This document shows positions 16,608-17,588 of a DNA stretch of 17,588 bases, one piece after another. The DNA comes from a virus (Duplodnaviria > Heunggongvirae > Uroviricota > Caudoviricetes): positions 1 to 17,588 of the IMG/VR virus record IMGVR_UViG_2734482774_000007; one strand, written 5' to 3'. The position numbers and the translations under genes are program-made. The notes below the pieces were generated by a model. The model did not search any database. It had not been told where the DNA came from and saw only the letters and a list, made by a program, of their open reading frames with translations. How positions within the stretch are numbered: position 1 is the stretch's first letter; each line of letters opens with the position of its first letter.

Positions 16608-17588
16608 TCACCTTTCGCGCCAAAACTGCAAAATTGCTTCTACAAACCTGTCAGAAATAATCCCCCGACGGGCTGCCGCGCTGAAATGACTGCTTCGCAG
16701 TGCCGTCGTCCAGTTCTCCGGTGACCGGTACGCTGAACCGTAATATCCCATGATTAAATCGTCCGGGTCTTCATCAGGCGCGTTCGTCAGTCCTCTTTCA
16801 CCTTGTTGCTGGAAGTCGACGAAAATAATATTAGCTAAAACATTATTTTGATAATTGCCATAAATAGCTTCATACGCATGAGGGAAATTTTCTTTCCAGT
16901 ACCAGGTGGTATCGCCGCAAAACCACGGCGCGTCAGTAATTTTATTAAGCTGAGAATGGTATTGTTTTAGATCCCTACGAAAGGCTTCAACCATATGATT
17001 AAAGTGTTGAGGGTGTGACGAGTAGTCACAGGTCATTAAGTCAAATTCGCCTTGCATCCAGCATACGCCGAGGAATTTGTTCTGCGGATTTTTTGCCAGT
17101 GCGGCTCGCGTTCTGCTGACTAAATCCTGGTATAGCGGAGTATCCGTTCCCCAACGACAAGCATCATGGCTGGCTCCGTGCCGTTCTGAATATGTCCCTT
17201 CGCTGCCTGCGATAAAAGCCGAGCCGCCACGACAACATGGAACGATGAGAACCCCTGCATTATCAGGAATGAAGGGCAGTAATTTCCGTGCAATATGCAG
17301 TGCCTGGCCAACGGTGCCGTACTGTGTTTGATGATTCGTTGCCAGAGGATGGTGATAACCCTGCATATCCTGAACATCGTGTGGGCAGTGAGTCAGTGGA
17401 ATAATGTCGTTAAAGTGACATGACGGGCCTCCGGGATGCGTATGCGCAAATCTTGCTAATTGTTTAATTCTGGGATGAGGCGCATCTTCCCTGTCCGGTA
17501 ATGGCAGTCCTTCGCCATACGCCATGGCATTAGACTGACCAGCAACGGTAAGAACATAGTAATAATCGGGCGATATTATTGCGTCCAT
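16608..17588 (-). CDS. nanS: Sialate O-acetylesterase NanS/YjhS (SGNH-type hydrolase)
   Basis: 326-aa ORF starting with an ATG exactly at the window end. Recognised from recalled E. coli YjhS/NanS (MDAIISPDYYYVLTVAGQSNAMAYGEGLPLPD...FWRER). Higher GC than the cargo, consistent with a core gene. Confidence 0.8.
   Translation of the reverse strand: MDAIISPDYYYVLTVAGQSNAMAYGEGLPLPDREDAPHPRIKQLARFAHTHPGGPSCHFNDIIPLTHCPHDVQDMQGYHHPLATNHQTQYGTVGQALHIARKLLPFIPDNAGVLIVPCCRGGSAFIAGSEGTYSERHGASHDACRWGTDTPLYQDLVSRTRAALAKNPQNKFLGVCWMQGEFDLMTCDYSSHPQHFNHMVEAFRRDLKQYHSQLNKITDAPWFCGDTTWYWKENFPHAYEAIYGNYQNNVLANIIFVDFQQQGERGLTNAPDEDPDDLIMGYYGSAYRSPENWTTALRSSHFSAAARRGIISDRFVEAILQFWRER

Noticed and set aside
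17077-17377. 84- and 85-aa ORFs inside nanS, and 16178-16441 inside the HNH gene
   Set aside because: Alternative or antisense frames within confidently identified genes.

Overview
The window reads as an Escherichia coli-type tRNA-Leu (leuX) associated genomic island bounded by a P4-family integrase at the left edge and the core gene nanS at the right edge. Positions 1 to about 11473 look like a near-complete P4-like phage satellite: integrase, an AT-rich cargo slot holding a SIR2-HerA two-gene anti-phage module, a sid-psu-ogr/delta late operon with a TGT-N12-ACA site, a Vis/AlpA regulator, a P4-style RNA immunity region, two small coupled ORFs, an alpha-type primase-helicase, and an attR copy of the leuX 3' end. 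Between attR and nanS lies a second accessory segment without its own integrase: a type I restriction-modification remnant (hsdM 5' end abutting an hsdR 3' end), an uncharacterised 277-aa gene followed by an AbiEi/AbiEii pair, two small ORFs, and an HNH nuclease. The SIR2-HerA module is the main defence cargo; the 277-aa gene and the HNH protein's N-terminal domain are the least explained parts. All family assignments rest on motifs read by eye and recalled sequences, not on database searches.
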